Source of the DNA: Patescibacteria group bacterium | GTDB lineage: Bacteria; Patescibacteriota; Microgenomatia; Levybacterales; UBA12049 | Reading direction: 5' to 3' | Length of the DNA: 64,000 bases | NCBI GenBank assembly: GCA_038063415.1 | Contig: JBBTVD010000006.1 | Span: forward strand, 221,882 to 285,881 | Made by a program: the position numbers and the translations under genes | In this document: positions 1-9,788 of the stretch, in pieces | Numbering within the stretch: the stretch's first letter is position 1 | Layout of the letters: each line of letters starts with the position of its first letter | The notes under the pieces: model-generated | What the model saw: the letters and a program-made list of their open reading frames with translations, nothing else | Database searches by the model: none | Told to the model about the DNA's origin: nothing

Positions 1-2132
1 TTGTAGGCAAATTCCTGCAGCGGGAACTCTTTCTGCACACTACCATCTGCCACATCAAAAATAACGGTGAAATATTCAAGATCGCCACTGGACGTGGGGT
101 CAGCAATCACTTCTCGAGGATTAACGGTGAGGTAGCCACCATTGCCATTAGAAATATTTGGATAGGCATAGCTTGCGGCAATTGAACCGTCAGTATTCAT
201 GACCACAATCCGACCACTTTGCTCCCCAGCATAGGTGTCAGGATAGTATTGGCTGACAACAAACTTTTGAGAGAGTGGCAGAAGATCCATCTCGGCAAAA
301 CCCCGGCAGTTGCCTACTTGCTGTCCAAAAATATTTGCGCTTTGTGGACAGGTACTCGCTCCAAGCGCTCCTGTAGCATTTATTTGATTGGCAGATTTTG
401 AAAGTGTCGAGTTATAGCCAAGTTCTCCATTGTTTACATCCAAATAACCGAGTGTCGGATACTCCCCATTCGCCGCAATATCCCAGCCATGATAGGAAAC
501 CGCAGAGATAAAAGCGATACGAGTTTGTCCATCAACTGATACTGGCAAAAGCGTATCAACACTTGCACCACCCACCGTATAAAACGGATTGGTCACCGAT
601 TGAGCCCCTGTTGAGGTCGGGATAATGAGATTTCTGAAGGAATTTTCGACAGAATTAAAGATACCGACCGCCATATGATCAGCGGTTGCATAGGCTTGGT
701 TATCTGTTTGCGGATTAGTTCCAAGCACTATTTCACCATTTGGAGCAAGCGCGGAGAAAAATTCAGACTGTCCTGAAGTGAATCCCCACCCATCGACACC
801 TACTGTTTGTACCCCCTGCCCTGAAGGTAATGTCGTACCCAAATTACCAAATGTCCCTGCTTTTCCATATAAGGTTGCGACAGATGCTGCTGGGGTTGGA
901 GAAATGCTAGGGATTGCTGTTGGAGCAGTCGTCGGAGTAGCAGTTGGTAATGGGGGTGCTGTCGGAGTTGGCGTCGCCGTGACTGTATAGACTTCAGCTT
1001 TGTCTACCACAAAAACATATCCTGTTGACGCGGAATTCTTGCTAGAAGTAATAGTCATGGTCAGTGTATGATCCCCAGCAGAAAGAACAGGAGAGGTATA
1101 GATGAGTCCTTGTGTTTTTGTAGCCGCATAGGTATCAACGTTTACCGGAGTACCGTTATCGATTTTAAATGAGATTATTCCTCCCGGCTTCTCTTTGACA
1201 CCATAGAACTTTACTTGTGAGCCGTTAAAGCGAAATGTGACAGAGTTGCCTTGCGTATAGGAATATTGGGTTGTATTATTACCGCCAGTAACACATCCTC
1301 CACAGTTTACCCACGTACCAGTATATTGAAATTGATTATTGCCAGTACCTTTTACTGTATCCTCAACAGTAGTGCTTAATTGCACAACTGCATTTTGCTC
1401 AGGAACTGTTGTGGGGGTTGCTGTTGGAATAACGGTTGGCGTTGGAGTCATAGTAGCAGTTGGTGCGACCGTTGGAATTGCCGTGGGTGCTGCAGTTGGT
1501 GTTGGGGTTGCTGTCGGTGTGGCCGTTGGTTGTGGAGTTACGGTAGGTACAGGGACAACGGTTGGAGCCACTGTTGGGGTTGGCTCACCTACGGTTTCCA
1601 GAACTTCTACTTTATCAAGAGAAAAAACATTTCCTGTTGAGGCGACATTTTTCTGATTAGTATTGGTTATCGTAATCGTATGGTTTCCCGATGAAAGTGT
1701 CGGACTAGTATAGACAAGGGCTGCTACTTTAGTCGCAGCATACGTATCAACTGAAACCGCGGTTCCACCATCAATACTTACTGACACAATACCACCTAGA
1801 TTTTCTTTTACTGCATATACTTTAGCTTGATTACCGGTAAACCGAAGTACGACTTTGTTCCCAGAAGTATAGTTGTAATGGAAACTAGCATTAGACGTCG
1901 CAGGTTGACAGCCACCACATCTTACCCATGTTCCGACATATTCAAACTGATTTGTCCCTGTGCCTTTTGTCGTATCCTCAACAGTAGTTGTCGTCGTCGC
2001 AGCAAGAACAAAAGTTTTTTGAAGAGGTCTTACTACTTGCAGTAATACTAAAAAGGCAAAAAATACTATTGCGCTTGGAAGAAGAAGCGACCTGGGGGTT
2101 TTGGTTAATTTCTTCAATGATGTAAGCTTCAT
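1..2132 (-). CDS. Secreted/surface protein (runs off the left edge): signal-like N-terminus, two repeated beta-sandwich (CBM-like) modules, Pro/Thr linkers, C-terminal beta-rich domain
   Basis: Hand translation from ATG 2132 (MKLTSLKKLTKTPRSLLLPSAIVFFAFLVLLQVV...) stays open for 710 codons to position 1. It contains two copies of TTVEDTxKGTGxNQFxYxGTWVxCGGC...VDTYAATK...HT, each followed by a PT-rich tract. Absent from the ORF track because its stop lies outside the window. Confidence 0.88.
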   Translation of the reverse strand, partial: MKLTSLKKLTKTPRSLLLPSAIVFFAFLVLLQVVRPLQKTFVLAATTTTTVEDTTKGTGTNQFEYVGTWVRCGGCQPATSNASFHYNYTSGNKVVLRFTGNQAKVYAVKENLGGIVSVSIDGGTAVSVDTYAATKVAALVYTSPTLSSGNHTITITNTNQKNVASTGNVFSLDKVEVLETVGEPTPTVAPTVVPVPTVTPQPTATPTATPTPTAAPTAIPTVAPTATMTPTPTVIPTATPTTVPEQNAVVQLSTTVEDTVKGTGNNQFQYTGTWVNCGGCVTGGNNTTQYSYTQGNSVTFRFNGSQVKFYGVKEKPGGIISFKIDNGTPVNVDTYAATKTQGLIYTSPVLSAGDHTLTMTITSSKNSASTGYVFVVDKAEVYTVTATPTPTAPPLPTATPTTAPTAIPSISPTPAASVATLYGKAGTFGNLGTTLPSGQGVQTVGVDGWGFTSGQSEFFSALAPNGEIVLGTNPQTDNQAYATADHMAVGIFNSVENSFRNLIIPTSTGAQSVTNPFYTVGGASVDTLLPVSVDGQTRIAFISAVSYHGWDIAANGEYPTLGYLDVNNGELGYNSTLSKSANQINATGALGASTCPQSANIFGQQVGNCRGFAEMDLLPLSQKFVVSQYYPDTYAGEQSGRIVVMNTDGSIAASYAYPNISNGNGGYLTVNPREVIADPTSSGDLEYFTVIFDVADGSVQKEFPLQEFAY

Positions 2133-2167
2133 AAAAATTATCTACAGTCTGTAGAACTCGTGCCCGA

Positions 2168-2196
2168 AAGATACCATCATTTGACACGTTTGTCAA
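2168..2196 (-). promoter_or_regulatory. Sigma70-type promoter for the surface protein; the -35 lies within a TTGACA-N4-TGTCAA palindrome
   Basis: Minus strand TTGACA (2196-2191), 17 nt, TATCTT (2173-2168); palindrome at 2181-2196. Confidence 0.5.
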
Positions 2197-2316
2197 TCAT
2201 TAAATTATTACTATTGGATTAAATTGATGGGATGAAATAGTTTTAGAGCAAGAAAAGTTATAAAAGAGGTTGAATTTATAACACAACTAACAGTAGTGAT
2301 TTCGCGACAAGTAAAC

Positions 2317-3594
2317 TTAGCTAATACTATGTTCGGGGTATACAGCGCGGAATTCTCGAATTGCTGTTACTTTTACTTCTCCAGGGACGGCAAGAGAACG
2401 ACTTACTTCTTCTTGAATCTTTCGTGCAAGGACTACTGTCTGATTATCATCAAGGCTCCCAGGTTTGATAATCACACGAAGTTCTCTCCCTGCTTCAAAG
2501 GCATACGCATCGTCAACTCCCTCATAATTCTTGGCGATTTTCTCCATCTCTTGCAGCCGAACACCATATTTTTCAAGATCCTCATACCTGGCGCCAGGAC
2601 GTGCTGCAGAAATCGCATCAGCGATGTGGACAATAATTGACTCAACAGAAGAAAACGGCTTATCTTCATGATGTTCTCCAACTGCATTAATGATAGGATC
2701 TGGGAAATTGTATCGCTTCAGGAGATCAACACCGAGCTTAACATGACTGCCATCTCCTTCTAGAATCTTTCCAATATCATGGAAAAGGCAACCCAAGCGA
2801 ACAACATCCACATTGGCACCAATTTCTTGTGCAATATGAATACCTATCTTTGTTTCTTCAAGGGTGTGTACCAGCAAATTCTGACCATAAGAGGTGCGGA
2901 ATTTCATCCGTCCAAGTAGCGGATAGAGGTCTGCTGGGAGATTGTAGACACTGACTTCGGCCGCTAGCTTTTCTCCCTCTTCGGCCATGATTTTCTCCAT
3001 TTCTTTTTTGGTTTGCGCAACAACTTCTTCAATACGGAATGGTTGGATGCGGCTGTCTTTCAGGAGAACCTCAAGTGCACGTCTTGCAATTTCACGTCGA
3101 ACCTGATCAAAAGAAGAGAGACGGATAATTCCCTCTTCATCAAGGTCAACATCAACGCCAGTTGCTTGTTCAAATGCTCGAATATTGCGACCTTCTCTTC
3201 CAATGATCCGACCCTTTACTTCTTCATCTGCGACCTTAATTACTGAGACGGTATATTCTGGAATAAACTTAAGGGCACCGTGTTTGATACTATCAAGAAT
3301 AATTTCTTGTGCACGTTTGTCAGCGGTACTTTTGGCGGTTTCTTCTTGCTGTTTGATAATCTTGGCAAGCATCGCAGCGGCATCTTTTTCTGCCTCTTCA
3401 AGAAGTATTTTACGAGCTTCGTCAACGGTAAGACTTGATACATTTTCTAATTTTGCAGTATATTCTCGACGTTTTTTATCAAGCTGCTCTTTTTCTTTTT
3501 CTATTTCCTCTTGTTTTGCCTCGAGCTTTTCCTGGCGTTCAAGAAGCTTTTTTTCAAGGATAATTAAATCTTGTGATGATGTTTGGTTTGACAT
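2317..3594 (-). CDS. rny: Ribonuclease Y (no N-terminal TM anchor)
   Basis: Coiled coil, KH motif KGRIIGREGRNIR, RTSYGQN, HD motif LFHDIGK, ADAISAARPGAR, AGRELRV. Confidence 0.96.
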   Translation of the reverse strand: MSNQTSSQDLIILEKKLLERQEKLEAKQEEIEKEKEQLDKKRREYTAKLENVSSLTVDEARKILLEEAEKDAAAMLAKIIKQQEETAKSTADKRAQEIILDSIKHGALKFIPEYTVSVIKVADEEVKGRIIGREGRNIRAFEQATGVDVDLDEEGIIRLSSFDQVRREIARRALEVLLKDSRIQPFRIEEVVAQTKKEMEKIMAEEGEKLAAEVSVYNLPADLYPLLGRMKFRTSYGQNLLVHTLEETKIGIHIAQEIGANVDVVRLGCLFHDIGKILEGDGSHVKLGVDLLKRYNFPDPIINAVGEHHEDKPFSSVESIIVHIADAISAARPGARYEDLEKYGVRLQEMEKIAKNYEGVDDAYAFEAGRELRVIIKPGSLDDNQTVVLARKIQEEVSRSLAVPGEVKVTAIREFRAVYPEHSIS

Positions 3595-3605
3595 ACTACT
3601 GTGTT

Positions 3606-3721
3606 TGAGGCAAAAGCAAGTAACAACGTGTTACTTAGCAGTGTGCTATGAAGGTGTTTACTTTTTGCTTCATAATGCTTTCGCTGTGCTTATTATACTC
3701 TAAGTATTCCTTATTATGCAA
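3606..3721 (-). promoter_or_regulatory. rny promoter and structured 5' leader with a 12-aa uORF and a terminator-like hairpin
   Basis: TTGCAT (3721-3716)-18 nt-TATAAT (3697-3692). uORF 3673-3635 reads MKQKVNTFIAHC*. Hairpin AAGUAACA-CGU-UGUUACUU (3636-3618) is followed by GCUUUU. Confidence 0.45.
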
Positions 3722-3726
3722 CTAGA

Positions 3727-4359
3727 CTATTCCACTACGTTTATTTCTCGACGCTCGACGGTTTCCTTACCCATTCTATTTTTGGCCTTAATGGTAATAA
3801 TCGATTTACCAGGAAACACAATCATCGTTTTGGAAAAAGTCCCATCAGAAGTAATAGCCACCGATTGATTATTAATTGATACGGTAGCATTGGGATCAGA
3901 TTTGCCAGAGACAGTGATCGTTGTTGCATCTAATTGTTCCTCTTTTGGGGTATCTATGGTGAGCGATGGTGGTAGTACAAGATATCGGTACTGAAATGCA
4001 AGGTATGCTGCAATTGCCACAAGTATAAGGATAACTACCATGAGTGACTGTTGCATACGTATTTTTGGTGAACTAAATGTTTTTGGTTTAGCTAAACTAT
4101 CGGGTAATACCCTGTAGGCTTTGCGGCCATCATATTCTCGTCTAAATAATGCAAGTGACTCTGTCGTGGGCAAACCTAGATATGCTGCGTAGTTTTTAAC
4201 AAACCCTTGTGCATAAGCAGGAGAAGGCAACTTTGCATATTCCCCTTTTTCTATGGCAGATAAGAATTGAGATTTTATTTTTGTTGCACGAGCTACTTCT
4301 TCAAGGGTTAACTCTTTTTGTAATCTTGCTTCATGTAGTCGTTGACCAAGCCGTACCAT
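3727..4359 (-). CDS. RodZ-like XRE HTH protein with a TM helix and C-terminal Ig-like domain
   Basis: LGQRLHEARLQKELTLEEVARATKI...LSAIEKG...YAQGFVKNYA; hydrophobic segment; beta-rich tail; adjacent to ftsK. Start moved to ATG 4359. Confidence 0.85.
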   Translation of the reverse strand: MVRLGQRLHEARLQKELTLEEVARATKIKSQFLSAIEKGEYAKLPSPAYAQGFVKNYAAYLGLPTTESLALFRREYDGRKAYRVLPDSLAKPKTFSSPKIRMQQSLMVVILILVAIAAYLAFQYRYLVLPPSLTIDTPKEEQLDATTITVSGKSDPNATVSINNQSVAITSDGTFSKTMIVFPGKSIITIKAKNRMGKETVERREINVVE

Positions 4360-4379
4360 AATACTTTTGCGTACCACGC

Positions 4380-6539
4380 TTATTGTTCTTGATTCTGAGA
4401 TGCAAGGAATTCTTCAGCATTTCTGACCAGTACTTCTCGTGGCTTTGCCCCATCCGCAGGACTGACAATCCCCATTTCTTCCAATTGATCAAGCATTCGA
4501 GCAGCTCTTGCGTAACCAACAGACATTTTGCGCTGGAGGAATGAAGCAGAAGCTGTATTAAATTGGCAAACGAGACGAATTGCTTCCTCGAGTTGCCCAT
4601 CTTTGCCATCTGCTCCAGTAGATGATGAACCTGCCCCTGCACCTTTTTTCAACGGAAGTGGTTGGTTTATCACTTCCTCCGTGTACTCCACAGGATAACT
4701 CCTCGACTTTAAGAAGTCAACCAGCTTATGCACTTCTTTCTCTGAGACAAAACTACCTTGGATACGGGTCGGTTTGGCTTGGTCTGGAGGAATATAGAGC
4801 ATATCTCCCCGACCGAGTAATTTCTCAGCTCCAGCAGAATCAATAATAACCCTGGAATCAATCATTGAAGATACGTTAAAGGCAATACGACAAGGGATGT
4901 TTGCCTTAATAAGCCCAGTAATAACATTAACGGATGGACGCTGGGTTGCGATTACCAAATGAATACCCGTTGCACGAGCCATTTGTGCAAGTCGGGCAAT
5001 CGCGTCTTCAACCTCAACTGGAGCAAACATCATGAGGTCTGCCAACTCATCAATAAAGATAACAATATAAGGCAATGCCTGAAAGCCAGATAATTCGTTG
5101 TATGAATCAATATTGCGGACTCCTCGTTCGGCAAAAATCTTGTAACGTTTGTCCATCTCATGCATCGCCCACTTGAGTGCTGACAATATCTTATCAGGCT
5201 CAACAATAACTGGTGTAAGGAGATGTGGAATACCATTATACGCTGAGAATTCGACACGCTTTGGATCAATAAGAATGAGGCGCACTTCCTGCGGAGATGC
5301 ACGGAAAAGTAAGGTGGCAATAAAGGAATTAATCAGCACTGATTTACCAGAACCTGTCGTACCAGCAACGAGAGAATGGGGTGTTTTTGCAATATCAATT
5401 GCCACGGGTGAGCCTGAAACATCCAGTCCCAAGGAGACAGTGAGTTTTGATTTGGCTTTTTGCATAACGGGAGAAGCAAGCATCGTACGGAGAGAAACCA
5501 GCTCAAGTGATCGGTTAGGAATTTCGATACCAATAAGATTACGTCCAGGGATAGGAGCTTCAATTCTGATTTGTCCGGTAGGAGCTTCGGTCGCGAGTGC
5601 CAAATCATTGGCAAGTGAGGTGATCTTTGAGACTTTGGTACCAAGAGCAATCTCAAGTGCATACTGAGTAACCGCTGGACCCAGATTTACTTCAGCAACT
5701 CGTGCTTCAATACCAAAACTCTGAAGCGTTTTCTCGATAATATTTGCTATCTTTTTGATGTCCCCCCGCTCTGCTTTTTTATTCATTGAATCTTCAAGTA
5801 TGGATAACGAAGGGTATTCCCACACACCTGTTCCTGAAGTTCCAGCGAGCATATTGGTAACGAGCTTCTCGGGAAGAAGCTCTGTCCCTTTCTTTTCTTT
5901 TTCTTCAGACTGTGACTGTTGCTGGACTGCCTTTGCGGGAGTAATAGCTTTTCTATCATCTTCCTTCTGTCCTCCCTTGATCTGAATTGGTTTATTTCGA
6001 TTAAATGCTGGCTTCTCACGTTTGAAAGAAGCAAAAAGTTGCCTCGGGATAAGTTTGTTGAGCGCTTTTCCAATAGCCATGAGGCCATGGAGTACTTCAT
6101 CAAGTGAGGTATCAAAAAGGACAATCAGGCCAACAGCAAGCCCTCCCAAAAGAATGATATCTGCTCCTGCAGTGGTCAGTATTTCTTCAAGGACTCCAAA
6201 CATTCTATCGCCAACGCTTCCCGATCGGGTGATACCAACGAGTGAAATGAAAAAAAGGAGATATCCCATACTTACGTTGAGACGAGAGAGGTACATTTTC
6301 ATATGGAGAAAGAGAAAACCAAAGAGGATAAAAATAAATGGGAAAAAGATCGTCACTCCACCAAATCGCTCGACAAGCAGACTATTTAGGTTTACTGATG
6401 AAGGACCTTGATTAACAAACGAAAGCAGACACAAGATACCGGCAATAAAAAAAGCTATCCCAAAAAGAGAATAGATAGTTTTTTTCTTGAGTTTGAGTTT
6501 AAATGGCTTTTTGCGACCACCACCACGACGAGCAGGCAT
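4380..6539 (-). CDS. ftsK: DNA translocase FtsK/SpoIIIE
   Basis: N-terminal TMs, Walker A AGTTGSGKS, IDPKRVE, DELADLM, ATQRPS, gamma domain SASFLQR..VGYARAAR. Start at ATG 6539, 7 nt after TATAAT. Confidence 0.96.
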   Translation of the reverse strand: MPARRGGGRKKPFKLKLKKKTIYSLFGIAFFIAGILCLLSFVNQGPSSVNLNSLLVERFGGVTIFFPFIFILFGFLFLHMKMYLSRLNVSMGYLLFFISLVGITRSGSVGDRMFGVLEEILTTAGADIILLGGLAVGLIVLFDTSLDEVLHGLMAIGKALNKLIPRQLFASFKREKPAFNRNKPIQIKGGQKEDDRKAITPAKAVQQQSQSEEKEKKGTELLPEKLVTNMLAGTSGTGVWEYPSLSILEDSMNKKAERGDIKKIANIIEKTLQSFGIEARVAEVNLGPAVTQYALEIALGTKVSKITSLANDLALATEAPTGQIRIEAPIPGRNLIGIEIPNRSLELVSLRTMLASPVMQKAKSKLTVSLGLDVSGSPVAIDIAKTPHSLVAGTTGSGKSVLINSFIATLLFRASPQEVRLILIDPKRVEFSAYNGIPHLLTPVIVEPDKILSALKWAMHEMDKRYKIFAERGVRNIDSYNELSGFQALPYIVIFIDELADLMMFAPVEVEDAIARLAQMARATGIHLVIATQRPSVNVITGLIKANIPCRIAFNVSSMIDSRVIIDSAGAEKLLGRGDMLYIPPDQAKPTRIQGSFVSEKEVHKLVDFLKSRSYPVEYTEEVINQPLPLKKGAGAGSSSTGADGKDGQLEEAIRLVCQFNTASASFLQRKMSVGYARAARMLDQLEEMGIVSPADGAKPREVLVRNAEEFLASQNQEQ

Positions 6540-6564
6540 AAAATCTATTATATACCTTTCGCCC

Positions 6565-8274
6565 CTAGACCTCAATCACTACAGGGAGCAGCAGTGGACG
6601 AGTGCGGAATTTCCTAGCGAGGTGTTTTCCGGCAGTTTCGGCAATAAGTCGTCTGATATGCGTCCAGTTGGTAACTTGTTCTTTCTTTCGTGACAATACC
6701 TGTTCTAATTCTTGTACAAGCGCACCAGAGAATCCTTGGACGTCGCCAAGCGATGAACCACGTAGAATGATTTCAGGCTTTGCCGCGAGTTGCCCGTCTT
6801 CAGTCTTAATCTCAGCAAGGATAACCACAATCCCCTCTCGGGAGAGACGCTCACGGTCTCGAACGACGAAGTGCTCTACTGCTTCCCCCGAAACTTCATC
6901 AACGTAAATATTGCGTACCGTTACTCGCTTCCCAGGGCGCATAGAGGTTGGTGTAAAGATCATTTCTTGCCCGTTTTCGACAAGCGCAATCTCGTTTGGC
7001 TTGTAGCCCATTTGTCCTGAGAACTCACGATAGGCAACCATATCCCGGTACGTACCACTAATAGGAAGTAAAAATTTGGGCTGGGCAAGCGCAATAAGTA
7101 ACATATGATCACCTGAGGATCCGTGTCCTGATACATGGAACGTACCGGTCAACTCTGAACGAGCAATACGTGCGCCTCGCTTGACTAAGGTGTCCAGAAG
7201 CGTATTTACCGCGATTTCGTTACCAGGGATAACATCTGAAGAGAACACTACGACATCCCCCTTTTCTAGTTTTATCTCCCGATGTTCACCATTTGCAATA
7301 CGGCTGAGCGCTGAGTTTTCTTGTCCCTGACTACCAGCAACAAGGAGGACAATCTTATTGCCAGGATAATTTTTCACGGCATCAATCGAGATTTCCGTAT
7401 CACTTTTTATATGCAGATAGCCTAATTGTTGCCCAATTTCTTTGACTTTGATCACTGATCTTCCAACAAAACAGACTTTTCTTCCCATTTTTTCGGCAGC
7501 CTCAACCACTTGGTTTACCCGCGAGATGTTTGAGGAGTAAGTTGTGAGGATAAATTTACCAGGACAATCACGCATTTCGTCAGCAAAGTTTTTGCCAAGC
7601 GTTTGTTCAGAAGGAGTATGCCCACTTTTATGTGCCCCAAGACAATCAGACATGAGCGCAAGCACTCCGGCTTGGGAAGCTTCAAGGATTTTATGGAACT
7701 CAGTTCGTTTGCCATCAGCGGGTGTGAGATCAAATTTATAATCACTCCCATGAAAAAAATTCCCGACTGGCGTCTTGATAAAAATGTTTGCACTATCAGG
7801 GACTGAGTGAGTTACTCTGATAAAAGAAATCGTAAAATCACCAAGCCGAATCTCTTTATCACCAAAGTTAACAATATTTATGGCCCTGGGTAGCTGGAAT
7901 TCAGCAAGTTTTTCATTGGCTAGCGCAGTTGTTAAGGGCGAGGCATAGAGAGGAAAAGGAATCTTTTTATCAGCAGTCAGCAGCTGTGGAAGGATAAATG
8001 GCAATCCTCCGATATGATCTTCATGACCATGTGTAAAGAGCATACCGACAATTTTCTTCCCTGCTTTGAGACGTTCTTGTAGTGGTGAGATATCAGGAAG
8101 CAACAGATCAACCCCAAGCATCGTTTCATCAGGGAACCCAAGACCACAATCAACAATCAAGATCTGATTGTTGTACTCATAGAGATACATATTACGGGTT
8201 ACTTCTTCTTCTCCACCGAGGGAGAGAAAAGAAACGGAGCCTTGAGGAAAATTTACTTGTTTCACTTCATTCAT
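6565..8274 (-). CDS. rnj: Ribonuclease J
   Basis: THGHEDHIG, HSVPD, GSQGQ, HVSGH, RPLLLPVVIEV. Confidence 0.95.
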   Translation of the reverse strand: MNEVKQVNFPQGSVSFLSLGGEEEVTRNMYLYEYNNQILIVDCGLGFPDETMLGVDLLLPDISPLQERLKAGKKIVGMLFTHGHEDHIGGLPFILPQLLTADKKIPFPLYASPLTTALANEKLAEFQLPRAINIVNFGDKEIRLGDFTISFIRVTHSVPDSANIFIKTPVGNFFHGSDYKFDLTPADGKRTEFHKILEASQAGVLALMSDCLGAHKSGHTPSEQTLGKNFADEMRDCPGKFILTTYSSNISRVNQVVEAAEKMGRKVCFVGRSVIKVKEIGQQLGYLHIKSDTEISIDAVKNYPGNKIVLLVAGSQGQENSALSRIANGEHREIKLEKGDVVVFSSDVIPGNEIAVNTLLDTLVKRGARIARSELTGTFHVSGHGSSGDHMLLIALAQPKFLLPISGTYRDMVAYREFSGQMGYKPNEIALVENGQEMIFTPTSMRPGKRVTVRNIYVDEVSGEAVEHFVVRDRERLSREGIVVILAEIKTEDGQLAAKPEIILRGSSLGDVQGFSGALVQELEQVLSRKKEQVTNWTHIRRLIAETAGKHLARKFRTRPLLLPVVIEV

Positions 8275-8323
8275 GTAGTACAGCTAGTATACTCGTTTGC
8301 TTTCTTTTTTTCAATTTATCACT

Positions 8324-9670
8324 TTACCACTGTGGCATAAATTCTTTGAGATTTGCGTCAGTAATTTTGACTGTCTCTGCTTGCCCTGAGATAATAACAG
8401 TTGCGGCCTTTCTGCACATAGCGGTAATAATTCTGTCGAGACCTCGAACTCCAGGATCGTATCCAAGCGGTCTGATTAGTGGCTCCCAGACACTATCATC
8501 AATAATAAGTTGGTTGGGAAGTAGCCCTGTTTGCTGCATCGTCTTTGGAAGTACATGATCCTTGCCAATGACGGTCTTCTCGGTATCATTATAGGAAGGC
8601 ATGTGGACAATCTCAAGACGATCGAGTACCGCAGTTGCAACACTATTGACGTTGTTGGCCGTCGCGATAAAGATTACATCTTGCAAGTTAAATGGATAAT
8701 CAATGTAATGATCAGTAAATCGTGCATTCTGCTCAGGATCAAGAATTTCAATCAGCACACCCATAATGTCTGCACGAGCTGAATCAGTCACACGATCAAG
8801 CTCATCAAGCAGAATTACCGGATTTTTGGTCTTGGCATTCGCAAGACGCTTGATTATCTGTCCGGGCTCAGCATCAGGAAAATAGCGAGATTGTCCTCGA
8901 AGCACCCGAGAATCTGCCATGCCTCCAAAAGGAATACGTTCAAACTTCCGGCCTAAAGCATCAGCAAGAGACTTGGCAAAGGTCGTCTTACCGGTACCGG
9001 CAAGGCCAAGCAAACAAAGAATTGGCGCTTTAATGACATTTTCTTTACCACCATAGTTCTTGATATTCAACATAATAGACGCAATATACTCAAGCACTCT
9101 TTGCTTGAGGGGCTCAAGACCATAATGGTTTTTATCCATGAGCTGTTTGGCTTTTGCGAGATCCAATTGATCTTTACTTTTACTCTCCCAAGGAAGTGCA
9201 ACAACCCAATCAACAAACTTCTCCGTTGACTCGTATTCCATAATGTAGGTAGAACTCAAAAAGCCAGAACTGGAACGAATCATAGCGAGTCGTGAGATAC
9301 GTTCAAGGAGTTCTTCTTTGAAGTCGGCCGGAATCTTTGCCTGTTCAATTTGTTCACCGAGTCTTCTAATTTGATCTGATGATTTTCCATGGTCGGAAAC
9401 TCCGACGGTTCCTGTGGCTGTTGCTCCAATACTTACTCCACTCACTTCTTGGGCTGTTGTATCGTTATTAACCATTTGTGCGCTGGCAACGTTTTGCATT
9501 TTTTGCATAGCTTCACTTTCTTGCATCGCTGTCGCGGTGAGGCTATTATCAATGACTTGAGGAATATCTCCTCGTTGCATAGCAGCTTTATCTTCAGCGC
9601 TAGGTGCAGGAGGTTGTTGTGGAGATGGTATAGCCGATTGATCGGCTGGTTTCTGGGCAGATGGATCCAT
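8324..9670 (-). CDS. Lon-family AAA+ ATPase lacking the protease and N-terminal LON domains
   Basis: LPW, HYGL..LKQRVLEY, Walker A GLAGTGKT, NPVILLDELD, LDPEQN..F.DHY, LDRLE, PGVRGL. The ORF ends right after the AAA lid. Confidence 0.85.
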   Translation of the reverse strand: MDPSAQKPADQSAIPSPQQPPAPSAEDKAAMQRGDIPQVIDNSLTATAMQESEAMQKMQNVASAQMVNNDTTAQEVSGVSIGATATGTVGVSDHGKSSDQIRRLGEQIEQAKIPADFKEELLERISRLAMIRSSSGFLSSTYIMEYESTEKFVDWVVALPWESKSKDQLDLAKAKQLMDKNHYGLEPLKQRVLEYIASIMLNIKNYGGKENVIKAPILCLLGLAGTGKTTFAKSLADALGRKFERIPFGGMADSRVLRGQSRYFPDAEPGQIIKRLANAKTKNPVILLDELDRVTDSARADIMGVLIEILDPEQNARFTDHYIDYPFNLQDVIFIATANNVNSVATAVLDRLEIVHMPSYNDTEKTVIGKDHVLPKTMQQTGLLPNQLIIDDSVWEPLIRPLGYDPGVRGLDRIITAMCRKAATVIISGQAETVKITDANLKEFMPQW

Positions 9671-9788
9671 ATCTCTATATTACACCACGCGTTCTTCTTC
9701 ACGCAAGGATTTAAGTTTCTATTGCAGCTTGGCAAGTACCATTTATGGCATATATCCCCCCACGTCATGTTAGATAAGTTAAATCTTT

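Noticed and set aside
778-1656. Plus-strand V/G/A-rich and Cys/Trp-rich ORFs (778-990, 1339-1656, 1380-1640)
   Set aside because: These are antisense shadows of the Pro/Thr linkers of the minus-strand surface protein, not peptide precursors.
1978-2196. 72-aa minus-strand ORF in the track
   Set aside because: Out-of-frame overlap with the real gene starting at 2132.
2240-2269. GTTTTAGAGCAAGAAAAGTTATAAAAGAGG resembles the start of a Cas9 repeat/sgRNA scaffold
   Set aside because: Single copy, no spacers, no cas genes and only a short AT-rich match; most likely chance.
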